Notes: generated by a model from the sequence alone, not told the origin. A stretch of DNA of 64,000 nt from Acidobacteriota bacterium (GCA_040755995.1 JBFMAF010000034.1:74968-138967), one strand, 5' to 3'. Counted from the first letter of the stretch, positions 9,200-17,997 are shown. Translations and numbers: made by a program.

Positions 9200-10468
9200 A
9201 TGAGTAAACTCGTATCGCCGCATGGGAGTGCGGATCTGAAGGCTCTTCTGCTTCAAGGCAAGGAAGCGGAGGAGGAGAAGAAGAAGGCTGAGACGCTCAA
9301 GAAGGTGCCCATGACCAGCCGGGAAACCTCGGACCTGATCATGATGGCCATCGGAGCTTTCACGCCGCTGCCGGGGTTCATGGGCCGGGACGATTGGAAG
9401 GGCTGCTGCGAGAGCTACCAGCTGCCGTCCATGAAGAACCTGTTCTGGCCCATCCCGATCACGCTGTCGGCCGAGCAGGCGCTTGCCGATTCGATCAAGA
9501 TCGGTGAGGAAGTCGGGCTCTGGGACACGGAGACCGAGGCCTACGTCGGGACTATGAAGGTCACCGAGAAGTACGGGATCGACAAGGAGTACGAGTGCAA
9601 GCAGGTGTTCCGGACCAACGACAAGGCGCATCCGGGCGTGCAGAAGGTCATGGAGCAGGCACCCGTCAACCTGGCCGGTCCGATCCGGCCGTTCTCGGAG
9701 TCCTACTACCCCGAGATGTTCTCCACCATCTATCAGCGCCCCGCGGATGCGAGGAAGCTGTTCCAGGAGCGCGGGTGGAGCACCGTGGCGGCGCTGCAGC
9801 TGCGCAACCCGATGCACGGCTCGCACGCATACCTGGCGTGGATCGCCATCGAAGTCTGCGACGGCGTCTACATCCACCAGCTCGTCGGCAAGCTGAAGCC
9901 GGGAGACATACCGGCCGAGGTGCGCGTGAAGGCGATCGATGCGCTCGTGAACAAGTACTTCCGCAAGGAGCGCGTGATTCAGGGCGGGTACCCGATGGAG
10001 ATGCGCTATGCCGGACCGCGTGAGGCGCTGTTGCACGCCGTGTTCCGCCAGAACTACGGCTGCAGCCACCTGATCGTCGGCCGCGACCACGCAGGTGTCG
10101 GCGACTACTACGGCCCGTTCGATGCGCAGAAGATCTTCCTGGAGATCCCGCACGACGCACTCGAGCTGAAGCCGCTGCCGCTCGACTGGACCTTCTACTG
10201 CTACGAGTGCAAAGGCATGGCGTCGATGAAGACCTGCCCGCACGAAAGCAAGGCCGTGATCGATGAGAACGGCAACTACAAGGGCGGCGCCAGGCTCCTG
10301 CTCTCCGGTACGCTACTTCGCAAGCTGATGAGCGAAGGCAAGCCGGTGCCCGAGGAGTTCAGCAAGCCCGAGGTCATCGCGATCCTCAACGACTACTACA
10401 ACAGCCTCGAGAAGAAGGTGGAGATCAAGCTGCACGGATTCGCCACCGGCGAAGCCGGCAAGAAGTAA
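9200..10468 (+). CDS. sat: Sulfate adenylyltransferase (dissimilatory-type ATP sulfurylase)
   Basis: [58 protein letters not shown], Zn site [25 protein letters not shown]. Confidence 0.97.
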   Translation: MSKLVSPHGSADLKALLLQGKEAEEEKKKAETLKKVPMTSRETSDLIMMAIGAFTPLPGFMGRDDWKGCCESYQLPSMKNLFWPIPITLSAEQALADSIKIGEEVGLWDTETEAYVGTMKVTEKYGIDKEYECKQVFRTNDKAHPGVQKVMEQAPVNLAGPIRPFSESYYPEMFSTIYQRPADARKLFQERGWSTVAALQLRNPMHGSHAYLAWIAIEVCDGVYIHQLVGKLKPGDIPAEVRVKAIDALVNKYFRKERVIQGGYPMEMRYAGPREALLHAVFRQNYGCSHLIVGRDHAGVGDYYGPFDAQKIFLEIPHDALELKPLPLDWTFYCYECKGMASMKTCPHESKAVIDENGNYKGGARLLLSGTLLRKLMSEGKPVPEEFSKPEVIAILNDYYNSLEKKVEIKLHGFATGEAGKK

Positions 10469-10498
10469 TTACCCCCTTTACCCTCGCCTAACTTTCAC

Positions 10499-10532
10499 CA
10501 ACCGGGGCCTCCAGGCCCCGGTTTTTCTTTTC
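10499..10532 (+). terminator. Rho-independent terminator after sat
   Basis: AACCGGGGCC-TCCA-GGCCCCGGTT followed by a T-rich run. Confidence 0.85.
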
Positions 10533-10734
10533 GGCTCATGAGGTGCCTGACCACAATAGGTCGTGCCCGATGTGTTCAGTGGTCTGGATGCGCTTCTTCT
10601 TTCCCCGCCGCATGACGCCCGTGCCTTGCTCGAGGGAAACGGCGAGGCGGTGAGGGGGAGACGCGGAGAACCGAACACCACCTCTTCACCGCGTGTCCGC
10701 GTCGCTGCGACTCCCTCTCTCTTCGTTCGTATCG

Positions 10735-10858
10735 AAGCTCCGGGAAGGCCGTCTCGCTCGCGGTACCGGGTGCTGAAGCCTGCCGCCTCCAAGCAAGCAG
10801 CAAGCTGCTGGGCCAAACCGGAATCCTCTTCAACGTGACTCGTGAAAACGTCTGGCAT
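10735..10858 (-). pseudogene. Truncated TIR-domain protein (third integron cassette)
   Basis: MPDVFTSHVEEDSGLAQQLAACLEAAGFSTRYRERDGLPG resembles a TIR_2 N-terminus (DVFISH..D..A..LA..LE..G); starts just after the attC GTT; similarity is lost after ~40 aa. Confidence 0.55.
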
Positions 10859-10884
10859 CGGATATATCCCGCCGCTCGTTGTAC

Positions 10885-10947
10885 GCCCAACGCCGAGCAT
10901 CAGCGGCACGAGGTCTTATCCGTGTCCGCTGGACGCTCTTGTTCGGC
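10885..10947 (-). other. Integron attC site (63 bp)
   Basis: Minus strand GCCGAAC AAGAGCGTCCAGCGGACACG...CGTGCCGCTGATGCTCGGC GTTGGGC: inverse core, imperfect palindrome, GTTRRRY core. Confidence 0.8.
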
Positions 10948-11142
10948 ACGTCTTGCCCTGGCGGTCGTGGCTCGGCGGCTTATCTCCTCGATTGTGAGAT
11001 CCTCGTCGAGGCCCTCTCGCCACTTTGTTTGGTCAAATGGTTCTCGCTGAATCAGCGCTACGAAACGCTCGGCTTCAATGTCGCCAAGATACCTAGCTAG
11101 GACCTGTAGCCCCTTCATACGGATCTCAGTGTCAGTAATCAT
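10900..11142 (-). CDS. Small antitoxin partner of PIN toxin
   Basis: MITDTEIRMKGLQVLARYLGDIEAERFVALIQREPFD..KWR; ATGA-coupled to the PIN gene; reads into the attC. Confidence 0.75.
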   Translation of the reverse strand: MITDTEIRMKGLQVLARYLGDIEAERFVALIQREPFDQTKWREGLDEDLTIEEISRRATTARARRAEQERPADTDKTSCR

Positions 11143-11595
11143 AGCCTGCGCTCCTTGATAAACAGTATCGGGTCCGCGATGTTGATTGCCGTCACCCGAG
11201 GCTTGCATTTCAATATTCTGTCATCGGTTGTGATGAAGTACTCGCATCCAGCGGCGATTGCGCAGGCCAGGTGCAAGGAATCGATCTTCGGAAGGCCCTC
11301 TTCATGCAGACTGCTCGCGTTCGCGAGCAGCTCGGGGCTCTCCTGGACCTCCAATTCAGCGCAGGCCCTCCAGACGCTAATCCGGCTCTTGCGTTCCGGA
11401 TACGGGTTCCTGTCGTTCTCGTAATCCAGAATATAAGACCAAACCCGGGATGCTTGTGACAAGCTGGTAATCCTTGCTGTGTTTATCCCACCAGTCCCGC
11501 GTCCATTTCGTGCGCGCGGCCATTTCCGGTTCGCTGCGGGTCTCGTAGTAGAAGCTCGGTATCGTCGTTTCGATGTAGACAAGCTGCTTCAGCAC
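11139..11595 (-). pseudogene. PIN-domain (VapC-like) toxin, out-of-frame and apparently chimeric
   Basis: VYIETTIPSFYY..WTRDWW..YQLVTS in one frame; VWSYILDYEN..DSLHLACAIAAGCEYFITTDD in another; junction near 11445. Confidence 0.7.
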
Positions 11596-11749
11596 AAATC
11601 AGCCGCTGGCATTGAAAATCCGGTCAATCCGTCACGCAACACTCGGGTGATACGGTTCGGCTCTTCTGCTTCCACCATAGCACCTCCTCTTGCGATGTAG
11701 TACATCCCGCGGTTTCATCGATGTCATGCTCTGCAAGTCAACCGGCCCG

Positions 11750-11813
11750 GCCCAACACCCCAGATCAGCGGCGGGCCGCGCAGCGGACCGTCCGCTGCAA
11801 CCGGTTGTTAGGC
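11750..11813 (-). other. Integron attC site (64 bp)
   Basis: Minus strand GCCTAAC AACCGGTTGCAGCGGACGG...CCGCCGCTGATCTGGGT GTTGGGC; the upstream gene's TAA stop lies in the inverse core. Confidence 0.88.
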
Positions 11814-12485
11814 CGGAGGCTCCTCGCGCTCGAACCTCGCGAGTTCGGCGAGGTGCCCGGCCGCCGATCGCAGTGCCCGACCCGAGAGGGCGTCCACCAA
11901 CCGGCGGGCCCGTGGCCCGAGGTCAGGGCGCTCGACGTACCTGCGCGACAACAGGTGCCCGAGCGCGAGGAACGCCAGCCCGAAGACGACGTTCGCGATG
12001 AGCCAGGCAAGATCGATGCGGGCGAGCGCATCAACGCCGGTCAGCGCCTCGAACAGAACCAGACCTGCGGGGAGCCAGGCTACCACGCCTCCGATCACTG
12101 CCCACTTGAGTGCACGGTACTCCACGAGCCTAGTGTGCTCGAGCTCGCGCTGGATCTCCATTACCGGTGCGCCGTAGTCGAGCTTGAGGCTGTTGACCAA
12201 CAGGTAGGTGCACAGCGCGGTGATCGCGCCGGTGAGCACGGCAAGCGCGCCACCCACGATGGCGTAGCGCGGCTCGGTTACGTGAGCGGCGAGGACCGAC
12301 ATCGCGACGACGAGCATGGTGATGCCGAGCGCCACCTCCAGCGCCCTCCACAGGACGTAGGGCGCGAGGGCGAAGCGGACCTTGCGCAGCAGCGCTTCGC
12401 GCAGAAGCCGCTGGTCGATGGCGACGCTCCGCTCCAGCATGGTGCCGTGCGCGGCCCAGGCTTCTTTCAAATCATCGAACTGCAT
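11808..12485 (-). CDS. Membrane protein, probable anti-sigma partner of the adjacent ECF sigma factor
   Basis: MQFDDLKEAW start, about four hydrophobic segments, overlaps the sigma gene end. Confidence 0.7.
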   Translation of the reverse strand: MQFDDLKEAWAAHGTMLERSVAIDQRLLREALLRKVRFALAPYVLWRALEVALGITMLVVAMSVLAAHVTEPRYAIVGGALAVLTGAITALCTYLLVNSLKLDYGAPVMEIQRELEHTRLVEYRALKWAVIGGVVAWLPAGLVLFEALTGVDALARIDLAWLIANVVFGLAFLALGHLLSRRYVERPDLGPRARRLVDALSGRALRSAAGHLAELARFEREEPPA

Positions 12486-12990
12486 GTGATCCTCCCGTGT
12501 TGCTCGCGCGCTGGTCCAACGCGACGCGCAGCTTGTTTTTGATGCGCAATAGTTTCGTGCCGACGTTTGACACGGAGATGCCGAGCACTTCCGCGATCGA
12601 CGCGTGGTCGGTCCCGTCGAGGTAGAGAAGGACGAGCGCCTTATCGAGCGCGCCCAGATCGTCGATGCAGCGCAAGAGGAGTTGGACATCCTCGTTGGGC
12701 TCGACGCAAGCTGCCGCGATGGTGATCGCGTGGGCGTCGAGCGACAGGTGCCCCTCCCGATGCCGCCGTCCACGGCGGTAAAACGAGATCGCGACGTTGA
12801 GCGCGATGCGATAGACCCACGTCGTCTCCTTGTAGCGCTCGTCGTACCGGTGGCGGTAGCGCCAAAGTTGCAGGGCGACCTCCTGAAAGACGTCCTCGCG
12901 GTCCGTCACGTCCCGGCAATAGGCGTAGGCGATCTTGTGGATCAGCCGGGCGTGCCGCCGGATCAGGTCGGTGAACTCTTGGGCTTCCAT
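12472..12990 (-). CDS. ECF-type RNA polymerase sigma-70 factor
   Basis: EDVFQEVALQLW, TTWVYRIALN (region 2); IAEVLGISVSNVGTKLLRIKNKL (region 4). Confidence 0.93.
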   Translation of the reverse strand: MEAQEFTDLIRRHARLIHKIAYAYCRDVTDREDVFQEVALQLWRYRHRYDERYKETTWVYRIALNVAISFYRRGRRHREGHLSLDAHAITIAAACVEPNEDVQLLLRCIDDLGALDKALVLLYLDGTDHASIAEVLGISVSNVGTKLLRIKNKLRVALDQRASNTGGSHAVR

Positions 12991-13133
12991 CGGGGGTATT
13001 ATTCGCAGGCGCCCCTCGCCAGATCACAGGCTCAGTCGTTCTTTCTTCCGGCGCCCCGACGCAGGGGGCTGCTGAGCCCCGCCGCCTCCACGGACGGCCT
13101 GAAGAGAGCCCGCCTGCGCCGATCCCGCTATCG

Positions 13134-13313
13134 GCCTAACAATAATTAGACTGATCCGCATAAGATGCGGAACTACGCTTCCCTGCCTTGATAGCGCGTC
13201 GCTGATTCATCCGGCAGAATCGCGATAAGTCCTTCTGTTTCAGTCATTTGTGCCCCATGCTTTGGAATATCCTCCGTTCTTATGCGGATCGGCATAAGAA
13301 CCTCCTCGTTGCC
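13134..13313 (-). other. Putative attI region downstream of a co-oriented intI tail
   Basis: Minus-strand GTTAGGC at 13140-13134, complementary to the inverse core of the first cassette; GATCCGCATAAGA / TCTTATGCGGATC inverted repeats at ~13153 and ~13278. Confidence 0.6.
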
Positions 13314-13345
13314 TCAAAGTCCGTCAACCGGGCTGCGTAGGCCCC
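13314..13345 (-). pseudogene. intI: Last codons of an integron integrase
   Basis: GLRSPVDGL* matches the IntI C-terminal GVRSPLD motif; no catalytic core upstream. Confidence 0.55.
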
Positions 13346-13711
13346 TGAGTTCCCCGTCACGCGGGGTGGCCGCTTCCTGGGGCGCCCGCCCGGGTTGCGC
13401 CGCGCGATGGCCCACCGAGTTCACCGGACGAAGCGAAGGGGCCACCTCAACCGGTTCGCCAGTGACGACGTCGACCGGGCATCCCCTCGGTGTCCGGCAC
13501 TGTACGATGCTTCTCTTCGGGATGCCAGCGCCGATCAGGGGTAGTCTTGATCTTCGCCACTCGTTGCGGCTCATATGGCACGATCACTCTCAACCGCCCC
13601 CTGCGTCCTGGATCAACTACTACAGCGCTAATCGCTGCGAACTCCCTCCATTCTGAACCGAGACGACGAATGTGTCAACAAGGCTTGCGCGTGCGCGTGC
13701 GCGCACCCACC

Positions 13712-14068
13712 ACGGCCCGTTCGATTCGCAGAAGATCTTCCTCGTGATCCGGCACGGCGCTCGAGCTCAAGCCGCTGCCACTGGACTGCACATTCTACTG
13801 CTACGAGTGCAAGGGCATGGCGGCGAGGAAGACCTGCCCGCACGAGAGCAACGCGGTGATCGACGAGAACGGCAACTACAAGGGCGGCGCCAGACTCCTG
13901 CTCTCCGGCACGCTGCTCCGCAAGCTGATGAGCGAAGGCAAGCCGGTGCCCGAGGAGTTCAGTAAGCCCGAGGTCATCGCGATCCTGAACGACTACTACG
14001 ACAGCATCGAGAAGAAGGTGGAGATCAAGCTCCACGGTCACGCCACAGGCGCCGCCGAGAAGAAATAG
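13712..14068 (+). pseudogene. sat: Second, 5'-truncated copy of sat (3' ~355 bp, with frameshift)
   Basis: ACGGCCCGTTCGAT... matches sat from ~10109; small deletion near 13758; ends [13 protein letters not shown]. Confidence 0.9.
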
Positions 14069-14098
14069 CCACCCTCTATACCCTTGCTACGCTTCACC

Positions 14099-14131
14099 AA
14101 CCGGGGCCTCCGGGCGCCGGTTTTTCCTTTC
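14099..14131 (+). terminator. Copy of the sat terminator
   Basis: AACCGGGGCCTCCGGGCGCCGGTTTTTCCTTT. Confidence 0.75.
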
Positions 14132-14144
14132 GGTAGCAAAGTTC

Positions 14145-14190
14145 TTGACATCATACCCATTATGGGGTGTATCATTCCCAATATGGGAAT
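14145..14190 (+). promoter_or_regulatory. Promoter with two palindromic operators for the MNT-HEPN operon
   Basis: TTGACA at 14145; CCCATTATGGG and ATTCCCAATATGGGAAT palindromes, the second overlapping the ATG at 14183. Confidence 0.55.
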
Positions 14191-14788
14191 GAGCAGGTCA
14201 TCGGTGGGGATCGCTGACGCATTGTTCACCAAGGTGCAGCAGCGTGTGCTTGGGGTTCTCTTGGGAAATCCTGGCCGGACTTTCTACGCCAACGAGATCA
14301 TCGCGCTCGCCGGGTGCGGCACCGGCGCGGTCCAGCGGGAGCTGGCCCGCCTTGCAGCGGCGAAGCTGGTGACGGTCACCCGCGTTGGCAATCAGAAGCA
14401 CTACCAGGCAAACGCTGCCGCGCCTGTCTTCGAGGAGTTGCGCGGCCTGGTGCTGAAGACCTCCGGGCTAGCTGATGTGCTTGGTGCTGCGTTGGCACCG
14501 CTGGCGACGCAGATCAGTGCTGCTTTCGTCTACGGCTCGGTGGCCAAGGGGCAGGACACGGCAGTGAGCGACATCGATCTGATGGTGCTGAGCGACACTT
14601 TGGCCTACGCCGATCTCTTTGTCGCCCTCGAAGGGGCCGCGAAACGGCTCTGTCGCCAGGTGAATCCGACGGTGTACTCTCGGCAAGAACTCGGCAATCG
14701 GATTCAACAGGGCAATTCCTTTGTCACACGGGTCCTGGCGCAACCCAGGCTCTGGTTGATCGGTGGGGAACGTGATCTCGGCGCTTGA
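14183..14788 (+). CDS. HTH + minimal nucleotidyltransferase (MntA-like antitoxin)
   Basis: N-terminal wHTH (FYANEIIALAGCGTGAVQRELARL), FVYGSVAKG..SDIDLMV. Confidence 0.85.
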   Translation: MGMSRSSVGIADALFTKVQQRVLGVLLGNPGRTFYANEIIALAGCGTGAVQRELARLAAAKLVTVTRVGNQKHYQANAAAPVFEELRGLVLKTSGLADVLGAALAPLATQISAAFVYGSVAKGQDTAVSDIDLMVLSDTLAYADLFVALEGAAKRLCRQVNPTVYSRQELGNRIQQGNSFVTRVLAQPRLWLIGGERDLGA

Positions 14789-15200
14789 GAACCTGTGCGG
14801 CCCAGGGAAACCGCTCAAGAAGGAACCGCCTGATACCCAGGAATATCAGGGCCTGAGGCGGTCCGGATTGGTACGGCTTGCCGACGCCGGCAACACCGCC
14901 AACTCGCTCGAGAGCCGCTTCGACCTGGGCTACAACGCGGCGCATTCCCTATGCTTGGCGGCGTTGCGCCGTCACGGCTATCGGGCGGTCAACCGATACG
15001 TCGTCTTTCAGGTGTTGCCGCACACTCTGGGCCTGGGGCCGGAGGTATGGCGCGTCCTGGCCAAGTGCCATGACCTCCGGAATCTCGGCGAGTACGAGGG
15101 CGACCTCGGGGTCGATGGGCGAATCGTAACCGGCCTGATCGCCGCCTGTCAGGCAGTGGCCGCCAGGCTGGACGCGCTGGGACCGCCGAGCCAACCGTGA
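14772..15200 (+). CDS. HEPN-like toxin partner
   Basis: RFDLGYNAAH..LRRHGYR, HDLRNLGEYEG; overlaps the MNT gene. Confidence 0.7.
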   Translation: MISALENLCGPGKPLKKEPPDTQEYQGLRRSGLVRLADAGNTANSLESRFDLGYNAAHSLCLAALRRHGYRAVNRYVVFQVLPHTLGLGPEVWRVLAKCHDLRNLGEYEGDLGVDGRIVTGLIAACQAVAARLDALGPPSQP

Positions 15201-15285
15201 CCGCCGTTGGCCAGATCGAAATGCTGACGCAGCAGCGGGTGGTGGCGCTGTCAAGCGACTCGGCGGGCTAGGCAGATTCCTTGGG
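15197..15285 (+). pseudogene. Possible 5' stub of type I restriction subunit HsdR
   Basis: GTG overlapping the HEPN stop: MTAVGQIEMLTQQRVVAL, like HsdR starts of the MS.VGQ.E..TQ.RVV.LF type; frame breaks at once. Confidence 0.4.
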
Positions 15286-15458
15286 ACTGTCTTGCCGCAA
15301 CGGCGTCGCCGGGCCTGTCTTTGGGCCGTAGCACTGCCGCCGCCCTTTATGCCGAGCTTCGCGAATAGATCTACGTGCGGTATCTCTGAGTACTGCGGCA
15401 GCAGGCCGCGCCCGCGGGCCTGATCGAGCATGGCGAGTATCTCGCCGAACTGCAGTTT

Positions 15459-16246
15459 CGATCCGGCCATTCTCGGAGCCCTACTACCCCGAGATGTTCG
15501 CGAGCATCTACCGGAGGCCTGCTGACGCGAGGAAACTCTTCCAGGAGCGCGGGTGGAGCACCGTGGCGCCCCTGCAGCTGCGCAACCCGATGCACGGCTC
15601 GCACGCATACCTGGCGTGGATCGCCATCGAAGTCTGCGACGGCGTCTACATTCAACAGCTCGTGGGCAAGCTGAAGCCGGGAGACATCCTGGCCGAAGTG
15701 CGCGTGAAGGCGATCGATGCGCTCGTGAACAAGTACCTCCGCAAGGAGCGCGTGATCCAGCGCGGGTACCCGATGGAGATGAGGTATGCCGGACCGCGTG
15801 AGGCGCTGGTGCACGCGGTGTTTCGCCAGAACTACGGTTGCAGCCACCTGATCGTCGGCCGCGACCACGCGGGTGTCGGCGACTACTACGGCCCGTTCGA
15901 TGCGCAGAAGATCTTCCTGGAGATCCCGCACGGCGCGCTCGAGCACAAGCCGCTGCCCCTCAATTGGACCTTCTACTGCTGCGAGTGCAAGGGTATGGCG
16001 TCGATGAAGACCTGCCCGCGCCAGAGCAAGGCCGTTATCGATGAGAACGGCAACTACAAGGGCGGCGCCAAGCTGCTGCTTTCCGGCACGTTGCTCCGGA
16101 AGCTCGTGAGCGAAGGGAAGCCGGTGCCCGAGGAGTTCAGCAAGCCCGAGGTCATCGCGATCCTGAACGACTACTACAACAGCATCGAGAAGAAGGTGGA
16201 GATCAAGCTGCACGGATTCGCCACCGGCGACGCCGGCAAGAAGTAA
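15459..16246 (+). pseudogene. sat: Third, 5'-truncated copy of sat (3' 788 bp, no indels)
   Basis: Collinear with 9681-10468 (offset 5778); 19 of 250 aa differ by manual comparison, including Zn ligand TCPH->TCPR. Confidence 0.92.
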
Positions 16247-16277
16247 CACCCCCTCATGCCCTAGCTACACATTCGCC

Positions 16278-16307
16278 AACCGGGGCCCCGGACCCCGGTT
16301 CTTTCTT
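16278..16307 (+). terminator. Copy of the sat terminator
   Basis: AACCGGGGCCCCGGACCCCGGTTCTTTCTT. Confidence 0.7.
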
Positions 16308-16429
16308 GGCCCTGCCGGATGGTCGACGCTTCGATGGCGTGCACCTCTTCAGCGCGCGCCGGAACAAGATACTCCTAGCACGCAGGTCACTCACCCTGCC
16401 GCATAGCTGCATGGACGCGCTCGGCCCAC

Positions 16430-16777
16430 TCACTGAGGTTCGCATTTCGATTGGATGACGTGGCCGATCGCCTTCACGATTCTCCGAAAGGCTGGACTAT
16501 CCAAGGTCCCCCTTGGACCGGAGGAGAAATCGATCTGCTCTTTGTCGATGGAGAAAATGTTCTCGCACTGCGCCACGCAGTCCACTGTGAAACCAAACTC
16601 CCCCGGTTGGAATGGAACACAGCTCGGCAGTTTGCTCCTCGCGGGAAATCGGGAGGAGGTGCACGGTACCACGAATACGTAGCGGCCGCGGTTCAACTCC
16701 TCGCGGGATACGATGATCACTGGATGTGGACCCGCCGGGCCGAAGTCCGCGGTGTAGATCTGGCCGGGCCGGATCAC
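16430..16777 (-). CDS. PemK/MazF-family toxin
   Basis: RPGQIYTADF..GPHPVIIVS..N..VVPCTS..VAQCENIFSIDK. Confidence 0.85.
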   Translation of the reverse strand: MIRPGQIYTADFGPAGPHPVIIVSREELNRGRYVFVVPCTSSRFPARSKLPSCVPFQPGEFGFTVDCVAQCENIFSIDKEQIDFSSGPRGTLDSPAFRRIVKAIGHVIQSKCEPQ

Positions 16778-16992
16778 GGAATCTCATCCAGGCGACCCGC
16801 GGCGTTGCGCAAAGCAGTGGAATGGATGATCTGTTCGCGTCGTTCGTCCTCGAACAACGCCCGCATCGCCTCATACTCGTCCTCCGGAACAAGGACATAA
16901 GCAGTGTCAGTGCGGGGATCGACCACACGTTGGGGGTGCTTGTCCTCCCTGTCTAGTGCCTGCTGCTGGTCGGAAGTCAGTGTGATACTCAT
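16774..16992 (-). CDS. Small antitoxin-like partner of MazF
   Basis: 72 aa, VVDPRTDTAYVLVPEDEYE; 4-bp overlap with the toxin. Confidence 0.7.
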   Translation of the reverse strand: MSITLTSDQQQALDREDKHPQRVVDPRTDTAYVLVPEDEYEAMRALFEDERREQIIHSTALRNAAGRLDEIP

Positions 16993-17055
16993 CGCGTATC
17001 AAACCTTCGTGCACATTCTACCATCGCGCGATGGGGTCGGCCATAAAATAGAATC

Positions 17056-17688
17056 TCATCGTTTCTGGAATTCCCTCTCGCACTTCTTCCCTTCGAATTT
17101 CCAGGTCTTCGCTATCTCGTCACGAATACTGCAACTCGTCTCGTATGTCTCTGGTGAGGCACACAGCGTTATTTCACATATGGAGCCGCCATTGTCTATT
17201 GCAATGATGCTGTCTTCCCAGAACAACGTACCCGTGTCATTACACCTGTACAGGACCACCAGGTGCTTAGCTTTGAGGTCTCCAAGTACGGTGTCCGCAA
17301 CATCCTTCTTGAGCACTGATGCATTCTCTTCTTCCAACCACCGAAGGCGCAGAGCCACGACCTGGTTAAGGGAACCGGGGATGTCTTGCGGGTCATCAAG
17401 TATTGCTCCGTAGTCGCCCTGAACCAACAGGTAGTCTGTACCCGCCTCGTTGGGTAATATGGCTCCAAAGCCATGATGAGACGAGGACCGCGAACTATCC
17501 CTGCCGAGAACCCCGTTCGGAATCGTGACAGAAGAGCAGTGATCCGGATGAAAATAGTATCCTGAAAAGATCACTTGGTTGTCACTCAGGAAGCCTGCAA
17601 CGAAGCCCGACCGGTCACAATCTCCTGCAATAGACGGCACTGCACATGCAAGGATCGAGACCGCGGTCAGGAAGGTTTTCCTCTTCAT
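17056..17688 (-). CDS. Secreted hypothetical protein (probable cassette gene)
   Basis: MKRKTFLTAVSILACAVPSIA signal peptide, GGAGG RBS, lower GC, downstream of a degenerate attC. Confidence 0.6.
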   Translation of the reverse strand: MKRKTFLTAVSILACAVPSIAGDCDRSGFVAGFLSDNQVIFSGYYFHPDHCSSVTIPNGVLGRDSSRSSSHHGFGAILPNEAGTDYLLVQGDYGAILDDPQDIPGSLNQVVALRLRWLEEENASVLKKDVADTVLGDLKAKHLVVLYRCNDTGTLFWEDSIIAIDNGGSICEITLCASPETYETSCSIRDEIAKTWKFEGKKCEREFQKR

Positions 17689-17760
17689 GGCACGTCCTCC
17701 CCATCGACGAGGTAGATCTAGGGCAGAACCAGCCGGGCGTAAAGGAGCGTCAGACGACAA

Positions 17761-17822
17761 GCCGGACGCTAGACATCGGTGGCGGCGCGCAACGGGGGCT
17801 CCGCTGCATGCGGATGTCCGGC
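17761..17822. other. Degenerate attC-like site (62 bp)
   Basis: GCCGGAC GCTAGACATCGGTGGCGGCGCGC...CCGCTGCATGCGGAT GTCCGGC; size and inner motifs match the other attCs but the cores read GAC/GTC. Confidence 0.5.
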
Positions 17823-17997
17823 GGCTTCTCCAGGATTCGCTCCGAGCTCCCATTCGTATACCCGCTCACCGTATCTACGTAGTTGCCACGTGCCTCAAGG
17901 CAATCCCTTGTGGGACCAGAATGGCGGCGGCATGGATCTCGAAGTGAATAACTCTGTTCATTCATTCCCTCCTTGATTGTCCATCGGCGCTGTTCAC

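Noticed and set aside
9089..10243. Long antisense or alternate-frame ORFs (also 17977-19299, 31657-33024, 47086-48249, 58337-59881)
   Set aside because: Shadow ORFs of well-supported genes in high-GC DNA, with no motifs of their own
13550..13626. LRHS tyrosine-recombinase motif or LNRPLR/WINYY group II intron maturase remnant on the plus strand
   Set aside because: Only a few residues, needs frameshifts, and lies on the strand opposite the intI tail; cannot be supported without a search
9681..16246. sat repeats as DGR template/variable repeats
   Set aside because: No reverse transcriptase in the window and the differences are not adenine-specific (GCG->CCC, CCG->CTG, GGC->CGC)
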